Positions 52,224-63,257 of a DNA stretch of 63,257 nt are shown piece by piece. This DNA is from Prasinococcaceae sp. CCMP 1430. Its lineage: Eukaryota; Plantae; Prasinodermophyta. The notes under the pieces were generated by a model. The model searched no databases, had not been told where the DNA came from, and saw nothing but the letters and a program-made list of their open reading frames with translations. Numbering within the stretch: position 1 is the stretch's first letter; each line of letters opens with the position of its first letter. A program made the position numbers and the translations under genes. The stretch covers positions 1-63,257 of the forward strand of contig RQSC01001094.1 of NCBI GenBank assembly GCA_013416795.1. Direction: 5' to 3'.

Positions 52224-52578
52224 CTAGGCGACCTTGGCATCCAAGGCATCGAGCTGTGCATAGGCACGCACGATTTGTACGTTGCAGGCGACGCGGCTAC
52301 CCCAGCAAGACGCCCGCGAAGACGAACAAGACACCCGCAATCGAGTACTTGATTGCGATAGCTGTGGTCATCCACACGAGGCCGAGCCACCACCACACGA
52401 ACTTGAGCAGGGCGAGCACCACCAGCGACGTGAGCGCGACCGCCACCGTGTTCTCCGGGCCGGGTTTCGAGAAGCTATTCTCGAAGTCGAGCGCACCCTC
52501 GCCTTCCGCCGGCGTGCGCGCGGCCCCTGCGCCGCCCCCAGCAGCCGCAGCAGCCCCCGCCCGCCGCGGCCGCGCCTC
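52224..52578 (-). CDS. Small membrane protein, 5' end lost at N 52579 (absent from the ORF track)
   Basis: Open minus frame: GEGALDFENSFSKPGPENTVAVALTSLVVLALLKFVWWWLGLVWMTTAIAIKYSIAGVLFVFAGVLLGS...*. It has two hydrophobic helices. Confidence 0.55.
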
Positions 52579-52875
52579 NGCGCCGAATGCGTTTTGAAGT
52601 GCGGGCCCGCCCGCGCCCGTTCGAAACTGAAGCTAAAAACTTGACCGTTGCGGCGCGATTGTGCACTCGTGCGCACTCGAGAGAGAGGCGCGGGCGGGGG
52701 CGCCACACGCGCCGCGCGCGGCGGGGGTGGCGCGGCGGAGCCGCGAGGGGACCGGGCGCTAGCAGCTCTCTCTCCCCCCTCACCCCCCCCCCTGCCCCGC
52801 CTGCTTCTCCGCGCCCTCCCGCGCAAGCGCGAAGGGCGGCGGCGGCGGGCGCGTGCGGCGCGCCCCGCTGGCGCG

Positions 52876-54455
52876 ATGGACCGCGGGAGGGGTGGCAGGG
52901 GAGGCCGCGGGGCGGATGGCGGGCAGGATGGTGGCCCGGCCCCGCCGCGGGTCATCCGCTTCCGGACGTCGCTGCACAACACGGTGTGCGACGTCATGAG
53001 GGCGCGCAACTGGGTGGAGACTGATAGCGAAACTGACTGGGACTTCAACTGGGCGGACACGGGGTGGGTGCACGAGAACTTCGACCACATGTACATGAGC
53101 GAGGGCCAGCGCATCAACCACTTTCGCAACCACTACGAGCTCACTCGTAAGGACTTGCTTATCAAGAATCTCAAGCGCGCCAAGAAGCAGCTCGAGAAGG
53201 AGGGCAACGCCGCCGAGGCGGCCAAGTACGACTTCTCCCCGCAAACGTACTCGCTGCCCGCAGAGTACGGCCTCTTCGTGGAGGAGTTCAAGCGCACGGG
53301 TGGCGTGTGGATTATGAAACCCATCGGGCGCGCGCAGGGCAAAGGCATCTTCCTCTTCAACAGGCTCAGCCAGATCGCCGATTGGAAAAAGGTGTGCGGG
53401 AACGCGAGTCGCGTGGACGCGCCCGCTCCGCGAGGGCCGCGGCTGGCGCCCGCCCACGGTTCCCTTCCCTTAACCCCATTGCAACCGCGCTACCCTCGCC
53501 GACCCCCACCCCACCCGATCCCCTCTCTCACTTTCCCCCTCGCCTACCCCGCTCGCTCCGCAATGCAGGACGCGCGCTGGCGCAACAACGGCGAGAATCA
53601 GGCGGAGAACTATATCGCGCAGCGGTACCTCGAAAAACCGTACCTGATCGGGGGCAAGAAATTCGACCTGCGGCTGTACGCGCTGGTGACCTCGTACAGC
53701 CCCCTGAAGGTGTACCTGTACCGCAGTGGCTTTGGGCGCTTCAGCAACTCGCGCTTCTCAATGAAAAAGAGGACATCTGCAACAACTTCATCCACCTGAC
53801 CAACGTGGCCATCCAGAAGACCGCGGACAACTACGACCGTAAGAGGGGCATGAAGTGGAGCGTGCGATCGCTCAAGCTGTACCTGACCAGCCGCCACGGG
53901 GCGGAGGCAGTCGACGACCTCTTTTTTGAGATGCAGAGCCTCATCGTGCGATCACTGAAGGCTGTGCAGCCTGCAATCATCAACGACAAGCACTGCTTCG
54001 AGATGTACGTGCGCGCGTCGATCGGGGCGACATGGGAGGGCATGGGCGCGGGCGCCTCGAAAGCGCGCCGCTCGCTGCGCACGACGGCTGACATTGCGCA
54101 CCGCGCCCCCTCCTCACTCGCGGTCACGCGCGGTCGCAATAGATACGGCTACGATCTGCTCATCGATAACAACCTCAAGCCGTGGCTCATCGAGGTCAAC
54201 GCCTCTCCGTCGCTGTCGGCCGACACACCGGCGGACTACGAGCTCAAGTTCGGCATGCTCGACGACGCGTTCTCGATCATCGACATGGAGGGGCGCCTCG
54301 CGCACCACGATGGCCCCGTCCACCAGGTTGGCGGCTTCGACCTCGTGTGGAACAACGGGCCCGTGAATCACAACAGGGTCCTGCCCAGCATGCTTGGCAC
54401 GTTCAATGACAGGCTCAAGAACCTCAAGAGCCTCTTCGCGGCGGGGAGGCGGTAG
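52876..54455 (+). CDS. TTLL9: Tubulin polyglutamylase TTLL9-like, with a 1-base frameshift near 53766
   Basis: [13 protein letters not shown]...[103 protein letters not shown]. Confidence 0.9.
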
Positions 54456-55139
54456 GTCACTAATACGATCGAAATAATACCATTGGCTGGACCAGGCACT
54501 TTGCACGCGTGCGAGCACGCGCGCGCGGCGTGTGGCGCCCACCTCTGCAACAGCGCCCCGCCCACACCTCCCGCCGCGGCCAACGCAGCGAGCGCTGCGG
54601 TTGCAGGCATGAGCTCGGGCGCGGGCGCTGCTCCTGCCGCGCGCGCACGCCCGGCAGCGGCGGACAGGCACGGGGCGGCAGCAGTGAAAGCGGCGGGCGC
54701 AGCCTCAGCAGCAGCGGCGCGCGCCGCCAGCGCCGTGCGCCGCACGTAGCCCAAAGGAAGTACGTTCCGACGCGAATTTGCGCTCGACGAAATTTCGCGA
54801 CCGCTTCCGTCGCCCTCTTTTTTTTTTTTTTTCTGAATCGTTCATCGGAAAAGTTCCCGACGGCGGCGCCGCTCCGCGCGGCCGCGCCGCTCGCGGGCCC
54901 GCGAGTGCTCGAGATGCAAAATAGAAATATAAATCAAATATGACCACGGCGTAGCTCAAGGAGGGCGTGGCCGCGCGTGGGCGTGGGCGTGCTCTGCTGT
55001 GCTCCCACCACCGCCGCGCCGCGCCGTGCGAGCGAGCGGGCACCTGTGCTCCTGCCTCTGCCTGTGCCTGACGGAGTTGCCGACCCGAGCCAGTCAGCAG
55101 CCAGCCAGCACATCTGTCGCGGCGCGAAGGACCTCCCTA

Positions 55140-55225
55140 CACCCACCTACCCACCCACCCACCCAGCCAGCCACCCAGCCAGCCAGCCACAGCCAGCCGG
55201 CCACCCGTCCACCCACCCACCCACC
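55140..55225. repeat. Degenerate tetranucleotide repeat (CCCA/GCCA)n
   Basis: ACCCACCTACCCACCCACCCACCCAGCCAGCCACCCAGCCAGCC... Confidence 0.85.
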
Positions 55226-55787
55226 GACGCAGACGCACAGACGACACGAACGAACACTCCGCTCCGCCGCAGCTCTCCGCTCGCCACTCAGCTGTGCCTG
55301 CAGCACTCGCTCTCGCTGTCTGGTGTGTCCTTGTCTCTTCCTCTCTTCCTCTCTTCCTGCCTCCCTCTCTTCCTGGCCCCGGCCGGCCGACTCCCCCGCT
55401 GGCTGTGTGTGCCGCGCGGCTGGGAGCCTGCGACTGCCCGACCGCCCCACCGCACGCCCAACCCAAAGCGCTTCCGCAGTTTGCGCCCGGCGCCTCCGCG
55501 CGCACCGCGAACGCGCCCGCGAATTCGCGGAAAGCGTCGCGCAAACCCAACCAAACCGCGAACGCGACGCCGTCGGCATGATGACTCGGCCCGGACCGAA
55601 ACCGCGGCGGCCGCCGGCCGCCGCGAAACCCGCGGGGTTCCGCGTGTTGGATTCCGTGGCATAAAATGGGATGATGAACGTACACACCCGATTTGGATTC
55701 GCATGAATATCCACTGGATCGAGTGAGGATTCCGCGACGCCCCGCGCGCCCAGCGCGAGGGTTGGGTGGGCGAGCCCGTGCGTTTTG

Positions 55788-57944
55788 ATGGCTGATTTTC
55801 GGGGAGGTCAAAACGCATTTGTTTCGGGGCGAGGAGGGTCGGGGCCGGGCGGCGGCGGGGATGCGCGCGCGGGGTGCGTGCGCGGGAGCATCGGTGCTGC
55901 TTTCGACGCGTCCGATGGGGGCGAGGACCTGCTAGGCCTGGCTCCGGGCGGCGCGTCTGGCACGCCCGCGTCACCCGGGGGCCTCGGAGGCGCGCTCGTC
56001 AATCGCAGGCGGCGGAGAGCTGATTCTAGCGGGGGCGTCGGCGCCGCCGCAGGCAAGCGCATCCGGTTCGGCAGGCCCACGGTCGTGCGATCGACACTCA
56101 TCGAGACGAAGGCCAGCGGCGAGGAGCTTGGGCAGCTCGATGACTTTGAATACATCATAGATGGCCTCGGGGAGCGAGCGAACGACCGGCTGAGGCGCAG
56201 CTCCGCCGCGGGAATGTGCGAATTCCTGGCGAAGCGGCCGGGCCGCGCCTTGCTGCAGACGCATGGCAAGACGGGGGAGGCGCTCGGGGCGGCTCGCTCG
56301 CTCGCGCTTCTCGGCCACTCGGACGCGGCGTGCTCGATCGCGGCTGTTGGCATTCTCGCGCTGCTCGCACAGGAGCCCGCCATCGTGGCGGCACTGGAAG
56401 CTGACAGCGCCGAGAAGAGTGCGCATACTAGCAGCCTGGCGCCGTCGCAGCTCTCCAGCCACCCGACCAAGGACTCGTCGTTGCTGACCTTGCTGGCGCA
56501 CTCGCTTGAGGCGCAGCCTGCACCGGCGCCGGTCGACAAGTTTGCGTGCCGCGCGGTGGCGTCCATCAAGAAGGTTTTCGGCAAGAAGGGCGCTGCTGGG
56601 GAGCTCGGTGTGTGCCACGTGACCGCTCGCTCTCTGGCGGCGCTGGCGCTGCAGCTCGCGACGTCGGTGCCGCAGGCGATGCGGCGGCGAACGGGCGGGC
56701 TGAAAGAGGACATCGCCCTCTCGGGGGCATTGGAGCAGGCGGCCAAGTGCGTGGGGAAGCACGCGGCGCACGTGACGAGCGGTGGTAGCCGAGCTGCGGG
56801 CGAAGGTGCCGGCCGCGACGATGGCAGCGCCGGAGAGGGCGAGGGCGAGGACGGCGGCGAGATGGCCGAAGTTGCCCTTAGATGCCTGCTCACCATGGAG
56901 GCAGTCACCTTCTTGAGCTCGTCCAACCAGGAGCGCCTCCTCATGATGGAGGTGGGCGTTCGCAAAACCTTTGTCGGTGCTCTGGTGGACATAGTCGCAG
57001 CCGGTGCTGGCGCGGGGGCGGCGGAGATGCGCCGCGAGTGCTGGCATGCGGCGCTCAAGGTGCTCACGAATTTGACCAACGAGAACACACTGGGGTGCCG
57101 CTGCACGCGCGCGTGCAAGGGCGTGGAGGCGCTGGCTGGGGCGCTGCTGTCCTGCTGGCACATTGGTGCAGGCAGCACCGGCGGGGACGAGCGCGACGTG
57201 GACGGCGCCGCGGCGGTGCTGGGTTTGCTTGTCAACCTTATAGAGCACGATCAAGAGAATTGCAGTGTGCTGGCTGGCTTTGGCGGATTCGTGGACGGCA
57301 AGGGAAAGAGCGTCAGCGCGGCGCAGTTCCTCGCGGACGTCTTCGCGGGCTCGCGCTCTGCGCGGCGGCGCAAAATTCTCGGAGGCGGGAGCGACCCGAA
57401 GGACCAGGTGCGTGTGAAAGGGCGCCGGACGTCTGCGATGCGGGCACGGGTGTGAGCGCACGCGCATGCTCGCAGCGCCAGGAGCGCGCAGACGAATCAC
57501 GCAGCCTCACTGACGCGCATGCGCGCCGCTTGGGATACGCAGGCCGCGCTCCAACGCCAAGGCGAGGAGGAGCTCGCCGGCATCTCCGTCGAGGCGCCCG
57601 CGGCCATTGCCGTCGCGTGCATCATCAAGCGCAGCTCGCGCCATCGCTACGAAGTGGCGAACGCGCTTGAGAGGGGCGGCGTCAAGGGCGGGCTGGGCAC
57701 GCTCGCGTCGACCATCGCCGAGTTCCGCGAATTTGCGGTGGGTGCCGGCGCTCTAAGCACCTCGGCCATCAGGCAGCTCGAAGGGCTAGAGCAGTCGCTG
57801 GTGGCACCGCGGGGCGGCGATGAGGCAGCCCCCGGCGGTGGCAAGTGCGAGGACAAGGGGCCGGGCGAGAGTGCAGCGGGCTCGGATAGGGACAGCGAGA
57901 GTGAGGACCACGGCAAGATGGACTGGACCTCGGCGTGGTGCTGA
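55788..57944 (+). CDS. WAPL: Cohesin release factor WAPL, 2 exons
   Basis: STLIETKASGEELGQLDDFEYIIDGL...RRSSAA, LRCLL.MEAVTFLS..NQ..LL, ALKVLTNLTNEN.LGC, LGLLVNLIEHD.EN. Intron about 57408-57543. Confidence 0.8.
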
Positions 57945-58125
57945 GTGGCAGACGCGCGCGCGCGTGCGCGGTCCTGCATCGGGCGTCCGCTCCGCGCAAG
58001 AATATAATAAGCGAGCACCTCGCGAGTGCTTTCTGACACCTTGCCTCATCGCTGTACAGCCAGCGCAACCAAAGGTAGGAAATCTGTACACACGACCACG
58101 ATCGGGCGATGCGTGCGCACGCGTT

Positions 58126-59908
58126 CTACGCGCCCTCGGCGACCGTGAGCATGAGCTTGCCCTCCCACACGGCCACGCTAGGCGGCGTGGAAAACATCTT
58201 GGGCGGCTCGCCGCCGCCGCCCTTGGCACCCGCGCCGGCGCCAGCAGGCTTCGCCTTGCCCTCGCCGTGCGCGCGCTTGAAGGCGGCGCCCTCGCGCCAC
58301 GCCTGGAAGCTCGCCCTGTCCTTCCACACCGTGGTCGACACGTAGTTGTAGCCGTCGTCGGCTTGCGGGGCGTCCCTGCGCATCATGGTGAAGAAGACGA
58401 AGCCATCGCACTCCGTGAGCTCGCTCTCGCGGCTCGCCCAGCGCTGTTCGAACGCGGCCTCCATACCGGCGTCCACCTTGAAGCGGTTCTGCGCGACGAA
58501 AACATCGGCGGGCAGCGGGTTCTTCCCGTCCGCCTGCACCTGGCGCCACCCACCGACAGATTCAGGGACCTCGACCTCGGGCGCCGCGATGGGGATGAGG
58601 CCGTCGTAGAACGCCGGCTTGGGCGTGCCCTTGAGCGTCATGGTGGAGGACAGAATCATGTCGAGGAAGCCGAAGATGCTGGTTCGTTGGAGAGGGGTGG
58701 GGGCAGTGCGGATGGGAAAGCACCAAACGTCAGCGCGCAACAACACACGCGGACATGCGCGCACGCGCGGGGGCGCGCCCATCGCTCCGCCGGGGCTGGG
58801 GCCCTCGTCGCGCGCGCTGGCACTGACCTGCCACCGCCGTGCGCCTCCTTGAATGCGTCGCCCTTGCGCCACTTGTCGAAGCCAGTCTTGTCCTCCCACA
58901 CCGTCATGCTCATGTAGTTCGGCTCATCCTCGGGCGGCGTCCAGTTCGCCTCGGACTCGTCGAACGGCACGCGCCGCAGGAGCGAGAAAAACCTGAAGCC
59001 GTCGAGCTCGGCGAGGCGGCTCGGGCGCTCCGCCCAGCGCTTCTCGAAGCGCGCGGCGGAGCCGTCCATGTCGCGCGTCTCGAAGCGGTTGAACACCACG
59101 TACCGCTCGCCCTTGAGCTGCCCCTCGGTAACGACCCCCGAGCCGACCTCGGCGAAGGCGTCCGAGGTGGCGCGCGCGGCCGCGCGCCGCAGCGGCCACT
59201 GTGTCCGCCCGACGGGCGGGTGGGCCCGAAGCCTGCCGCGCCGCGCGAGCACGCACGCGCACGCGCGCGCACTCCTCGCCCGCACTCCTCGCCCGCACCA
59301 CGCGCGCGCGGTGTGGCGCGTTCCCGCAGCAGCAGCAACAGCCCCGAAAAACGGAATCCACACGCGCCCCCGCGGCCCGCCCCCAAAAATGGAATCCAAG
59401 AACCCCCACGCACCCGCCCACTCACGAATTAGACCGGGCGCGCGGGCGGGTTCCGTCGGGCCTCCCTCGCGCCGCCCCGCGTCGGCGCGCGCCCTCGCCA
59501 CTTTGAGCGTGCGCCTGAAATCGGCGCGCGGGTTCCGGGCCGCGCGCGCGCGTGCGGGAGGCGCGCGCGCAATTCGCGGCCCCGCACCAGTTTTTTTAGC
59601 CGACTGTTCGTACTGAGATTTTCGTCTGAAGCGCCTTTCACCGGAAGGTTTTCGAGCGCGTTTTCCTCCGGCAGCTCGCCGAGCGGGGCGGTGGAGAGTT
59701 GATGGGGCCAAACGCGATTTAGATTTTTTTTTTGATTTTTGAGTTTTTTTTTAGGTGCAGGAGGCTTGGGGCAGGATGAGAAGAGCCTGGCGCTGAGAGG
59801 ATCGAGTGTGCTCACCTCGCGAGAGCGCGTGCGGACGAAGGCGCGGGGCCGCTCGGGGGTCACGGCGCGAGCCGCCGCTCCTCGAGGCCCTGGGGTTGGG
59901 AGCGCCAT
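58126..59908 (-). CDS. IsdG/LFO1-family heme-degrading monooxygenase with two tandem ABM domains, 3 exons
   Basis: Domain 1: VVFNRF...TVWEDKTGFDKWRKGDAFKEAH. Domain 2: VAQNRF...TVWKDRASFQAWREGAAFKRAH. Inferred exons 59908-59816, 59198-58828 and 58678-58126, checked in frame. Transit-peptide-like N-terminus. Confidence 0.8.
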
Positions 59909-60379
59909 GATGGTGGTTGAGAGGGGCGCTCGAAAGGAGGTGTGTCTGTGTGCGTGGGGGGAGGGAGGAGGAGGAGAGAGGGGAGGAGGCGGCGGCGCGG
60001 CAGGAGGTGGAGTGCGGCGGCCTCGCGCAGCCGGCGCCCTCTCGTCCTCGGTGGCGGCGGGAAAAAAACATTTGCATCTGTGTTACATCGCCTCGGGTGT
60101 GTGTTCATAGGCTTGTCCGCAGACTGCACTCCATAAATCGCTACAGTCCACACGTCGGTGGCGTGGGGCGCCGCCCCATGCGTGCAGTGACGCATACGAG
60201 CGCGGGCGCGCACCTGGGACGTCTCTAGGTCCCACTACTGTGCCTCTGTGCATGGTCCAAAACGCGTCGCGTGCCGAAGCCCTCACGTTCCCCAATCCTC
60301 ATCCTCATCTCATCGCCCGTCGCGGCGCGATAGTAAGCAAAAAAAATAGCGAGCCCACGGTGGAGGCTCGTGCGTGCGC

Positions 60380-62657
60380 TCAACCCTCAAGCGCCGCCGA
60401 GCGCAGCTGCGCGGCGGGGTTGGCGTGCGGAGACGTGCTCCTGGGCGCAGCCTCCTTACGCGCGGCCGCCTTTTCGAGGACGGTCCGGGCGATGGGACGG
60501 CTGGGCTTGGTCTGCACGGCGCCAGACGGAGCACATGCCGACCGGGAACGCGATCGGCTTTTCCTGGCCGCACCTGCGGTCGAGCCGCCGCCCCCCGAGC
60601 CCCCGCTGCTGGGCGCGGCCGTTCCCTCCGCCTGCGCCTGAGCGCGCGCCTGCGCCTGGCCCTGCTGCGCCTGGGCATGCTGCATCTGGGCCATGTAGTT
60701 GCCCCATGCCTGCTGATGGTACTGGTACCACGCCCCGGCGTGCTGCTGTTGCGCCTGCGCCTGCGCGGCCTGCACTTGCGCGGCCTGCGCTTGCGCGGCC
60801 TGCGCTTGCGCGGCCTGCGCGTGCGCGGCCTGCGCCTGCGCTTGCGCGTGCGCCTTCGCCTGCGCCTGCTGCGGCCCGCCGATCGCACTCTCCGCAGCGC
60901 TTTGACTCTCCACGCCAGTCGTCGCTCCCGACGCGCCCGGGCCGAGCGCCTGCGGTGGCCACCCACCACCGGCGTACATCCACGGCGCGACACCCGAGTA
61001 GCCACCAGCTGGATGCGCGCCGCTCGGCGTGGTTCCCACAGGCATCGGCGGCAAGGGCGCGCCAGGCATCGCCGAGCCCACGGTGGCCATGCCCGGCAGC
61101 GCAGGCATCATCTGTTGCATCTGCTGGGCGGAGTACGCGGCCTGAGCCGGCATGGGCGGCATGGCCGGCATCGGGGGGCCGGTCCCCGGCATGGGATACA
61201 CGCCGCCGTACGGAGGCCAGGACGCGGCAGTCCACCCCGGCCAGAACGAAGAGTACGCGCCGGCCGCGGCCGCGGCAGCACCCTGCTGAACGCCGTTGTT
61301 GCTCGCCCAATTCCCACCTGTCGGCACCGCCAGAGCGCCCGGCCTCGGCGCCTGAATCTTGGCGTTGTACTGCTGCTCGAGCGAGGCGCCACCGTACGCG
61401 TGCAGCGAACCCCGCCCATCCTCGGTGGCGGATTTGCCATCGCCGCTGCCCTGCGCACTGCCACGCCCCGAGTCGTTGTCATCGGGCGAATCGCGCGCCC
61501 GCCCCTTGCCCTTGCGCGCCGACTTCTGGGCGACGTCCGGCGACTTGGCCGCCATGCCAGCGGCTTTGCCCGCGGACGCGACGCCAGTGCTACGATTCGA
61601 CGCCGCGTTGGTCGCCGCCGCCGCGCCATTCCGCACCGTTCCGGTGGTGTTACCCACGCGGTCGACAAGCGTGAGGTGCGAGCTCACGCCGTCCGCACTG
61701 TCACCGCCGCTCCCGCCGCTGGCATCCCCGCCGCTGCCGTTGCCGTTGGCAGCATTCGCCCCTGCCTGCGCGCCATCAGCCGCGGTCGTCGCGGCTGCCA
61801 CGTCGCCGCCAGCCTGCGCTTGCGCTTGCGCCAGCTGCTGGAACGAGCCCATCGACACCATGCCGCTCGCGGCGGCCGAATTCCGAAGCTGCTGGGCCTG
61901 GATGGCCTGGGCCGCGTTGAACATGGCGGCAGGCGTGGGGAGCACGCCGGCGCCCATGCCCATGGGCATTTGTGGGACCGACGCGACGGTCCCCGGCATC
62001 TGCGCGATGCTTGCGGGCGTGACCTGGGCGGCGGCTGCGTGCTGCACTTGGGCCTGCGCGTGGGCGGCGGCGTTCGCCGCTGCCGCGATGGCCGCGGCGG
62101 CCGCCGACTCGGCCGCCGCCTTCTCCGCCTTGGCGGCGCTCTTGCTCTTGCGGCGGCCCGCGCCGACCGGCACGTTGCGCAGCGTGCCTCCCGCCGTCCA
62201 GTACCTCTGACAGCTACGGCAAAGGTGGCGCGGCTGCTTGATATTGTAGTTGTTGTAGTAGCAAAACTTGGTGTCGGTGCTCTTGCATCGCGGGCACACC
62301 GCCGGCTTGTCGGGCTTGGGGAGGTCGGGCTTGGCGTCGCCCGCGTCGTCCTTGGCAGCGGCTGCGCCCTCCGCGACGGCGCCGGCGGCCGCCTTGCCGC
62401 CACCGGCGCCCCCCTTGCGTGCGGCGGCATCGTCCGGCGCGCCGCCTCCCTCCTTGGGTGCGCCGCCCCCCTCCTCGGGCGCGATGCTCGGCCCCGCTGC
62501 CCGGCGCCGGCACGTCGGCCCCCGTCGCCGCGTCGTCCGACTGCACGTCGGCGGCCCCCGCGCGCGGTCGCTCGGCCGGCGCGCAGTGCGCGTCCGAGAT
62601 GGGTATGCTGTCCGCCTTCACGCCTGGCTGGCCCGTCGACCCCGACGAGGAGCCCAT
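60380..62657 (-). CDS. Dof zinc-finger transcription factor (CDF-like), probable frameshift near 62490
   Basis: [58 protein letters not shown], with a Q/A-rich C-terminus. The upstream ATG (62657) is in another frame, so the start is uncertain. Confidence 0.88.
60735..60870 (-). repeat. Coding Q/A repeat (AQAAQ)n in the Dof protein
   Basis: Repeated GCCTGCGC(TT)GCGCG units encoding [32 protein letters not shown]. Confidence 0.85.
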
Positions 62658-63257
62658 GACGTCCTCACCGCCCCTGCCCGCGCGCCTCAGGCCAGCCTTG
62701 CCCGACCCGCCACGACTTTGCTTCCACCGCCGGTCCGACCCCTCCGCCACCGCCGCGCTCGGCGCGGCGCCCTGCGTCGCCACCGTGCCTCCCTCGGCGG
62801 CGGGGCCCTGCGCTGGCAGACTACTTTGCCTCCGCGCCGGCTCCTGCTCCTGCGCCTCCTGCGGCCGCTGCTGCGCCGGCAGCTGCTCCTGCGTCGAATC
62901 GGGCGTCGCGGGGCGAGTCAGTCAACAGGTCATCCCGCGCATCCCCCACCCGCGGCTTGCCGCCGCCTCTCGCGCAAAGGCGGTTGCTGCGCGCGCCCTC
63001 GCCCTCGCCCCGCACGCGCCCCGGCCGCCGCCGCGCCTCCCCCCTCCCCCTCCCGCGCTTTTTTTTTTTTTTTTTTTAGGGTGCTGGAGGAGGGCGGCGA
63101 GGGGCGGGGCGGGTGTTCCTCCCATCTGGCTGGCCGCGCCGCGTGCCCTTGGTCACACGCCTCCTCCCGCCCCTCCCCACCCACTCCACGCGCGCTGGCA
63201 CCTCGCGCCCTCCGCCGCGGAGGGCGGAGGGCGCAGCGAGAGGGCCGCGGCGGCCGC

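Noticed and set aside
54368-54754. Ala-rich minus-strand ORF overlapping the TTLL9 3' end
   Set aside because: It has only a TTG start, overlaps a real gene and has no recognisable domain; insufficient support.
60374-62659. Very long plus-strand ORF (761 aa), and similar long antisense ORFs such as 55808..57235, 50631..51842 and 11987..13135
   Set aside because: These are shadow ORFs opposite real genes; high GC depletes stop codons, and the translations are R/A/P-rich with no motifs.
1-63257. CRISPR arrays, rRNA/tRNA genes, transposases
   Set aside because: No repeat-spacer array, no recognisable structural RNA gene and no transposase or reverse-transcriptase motifs were seen by eye. A small tRNA or ncRNA could be missed without tRNAscan/Infernal.

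Overview
Very GC-rich, gene-dense, intron-containing eukaryotic DNA from a green alga (Viridiplantae markers: Dof, NF-YA, GARP, STN8, PRL1). GTGCG donors and CTGAC branch points suggest a prasinophyte-grade species; this is an inference. It is a draft assembly, with two N gaps (1683-1911, 17179-17369) and four single-N joins (3921, 7115, 20112, 52579). The right half (28-63 kb) is mostly housekeeping: STN8-like kinase, PYROXD2, farnesylcysteine lyase, TAF2 with a Tudor-like tail, an Erv41/Erv46 pair, NF-YA, SEC13, VPS53, a HAD phosphatase, PRL1, TTLL9, WAPL, a tandem IsdG-type heme oxygenase and Dof. The left half (5.4-27.1 kb) is a candidate secretory-pathway glycan sulfation cluster: seven sulfotransferase-like loci or fragments of about four sequence types, plus a GT14-like and a GT31 glycosyltransferase. 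Upstream of it lies a protein with five tandem GARP-like domains. The oddest sequence-level signal is four 55-61 bp blocks in one sulfotransferase copy that are the exact complement, NOT reversed, of the matching paralog sequence. This is most likely an assembly or gap-filling artefact that hides an intact gene, but it needs checking against raw reads. A palindromic TAC(A/T)GTA motif is repeatedly found just downstream of stop codons. No rRNA, tRNA, CRISPR array or recognisable transposase was seen. All alignments were done by eye.
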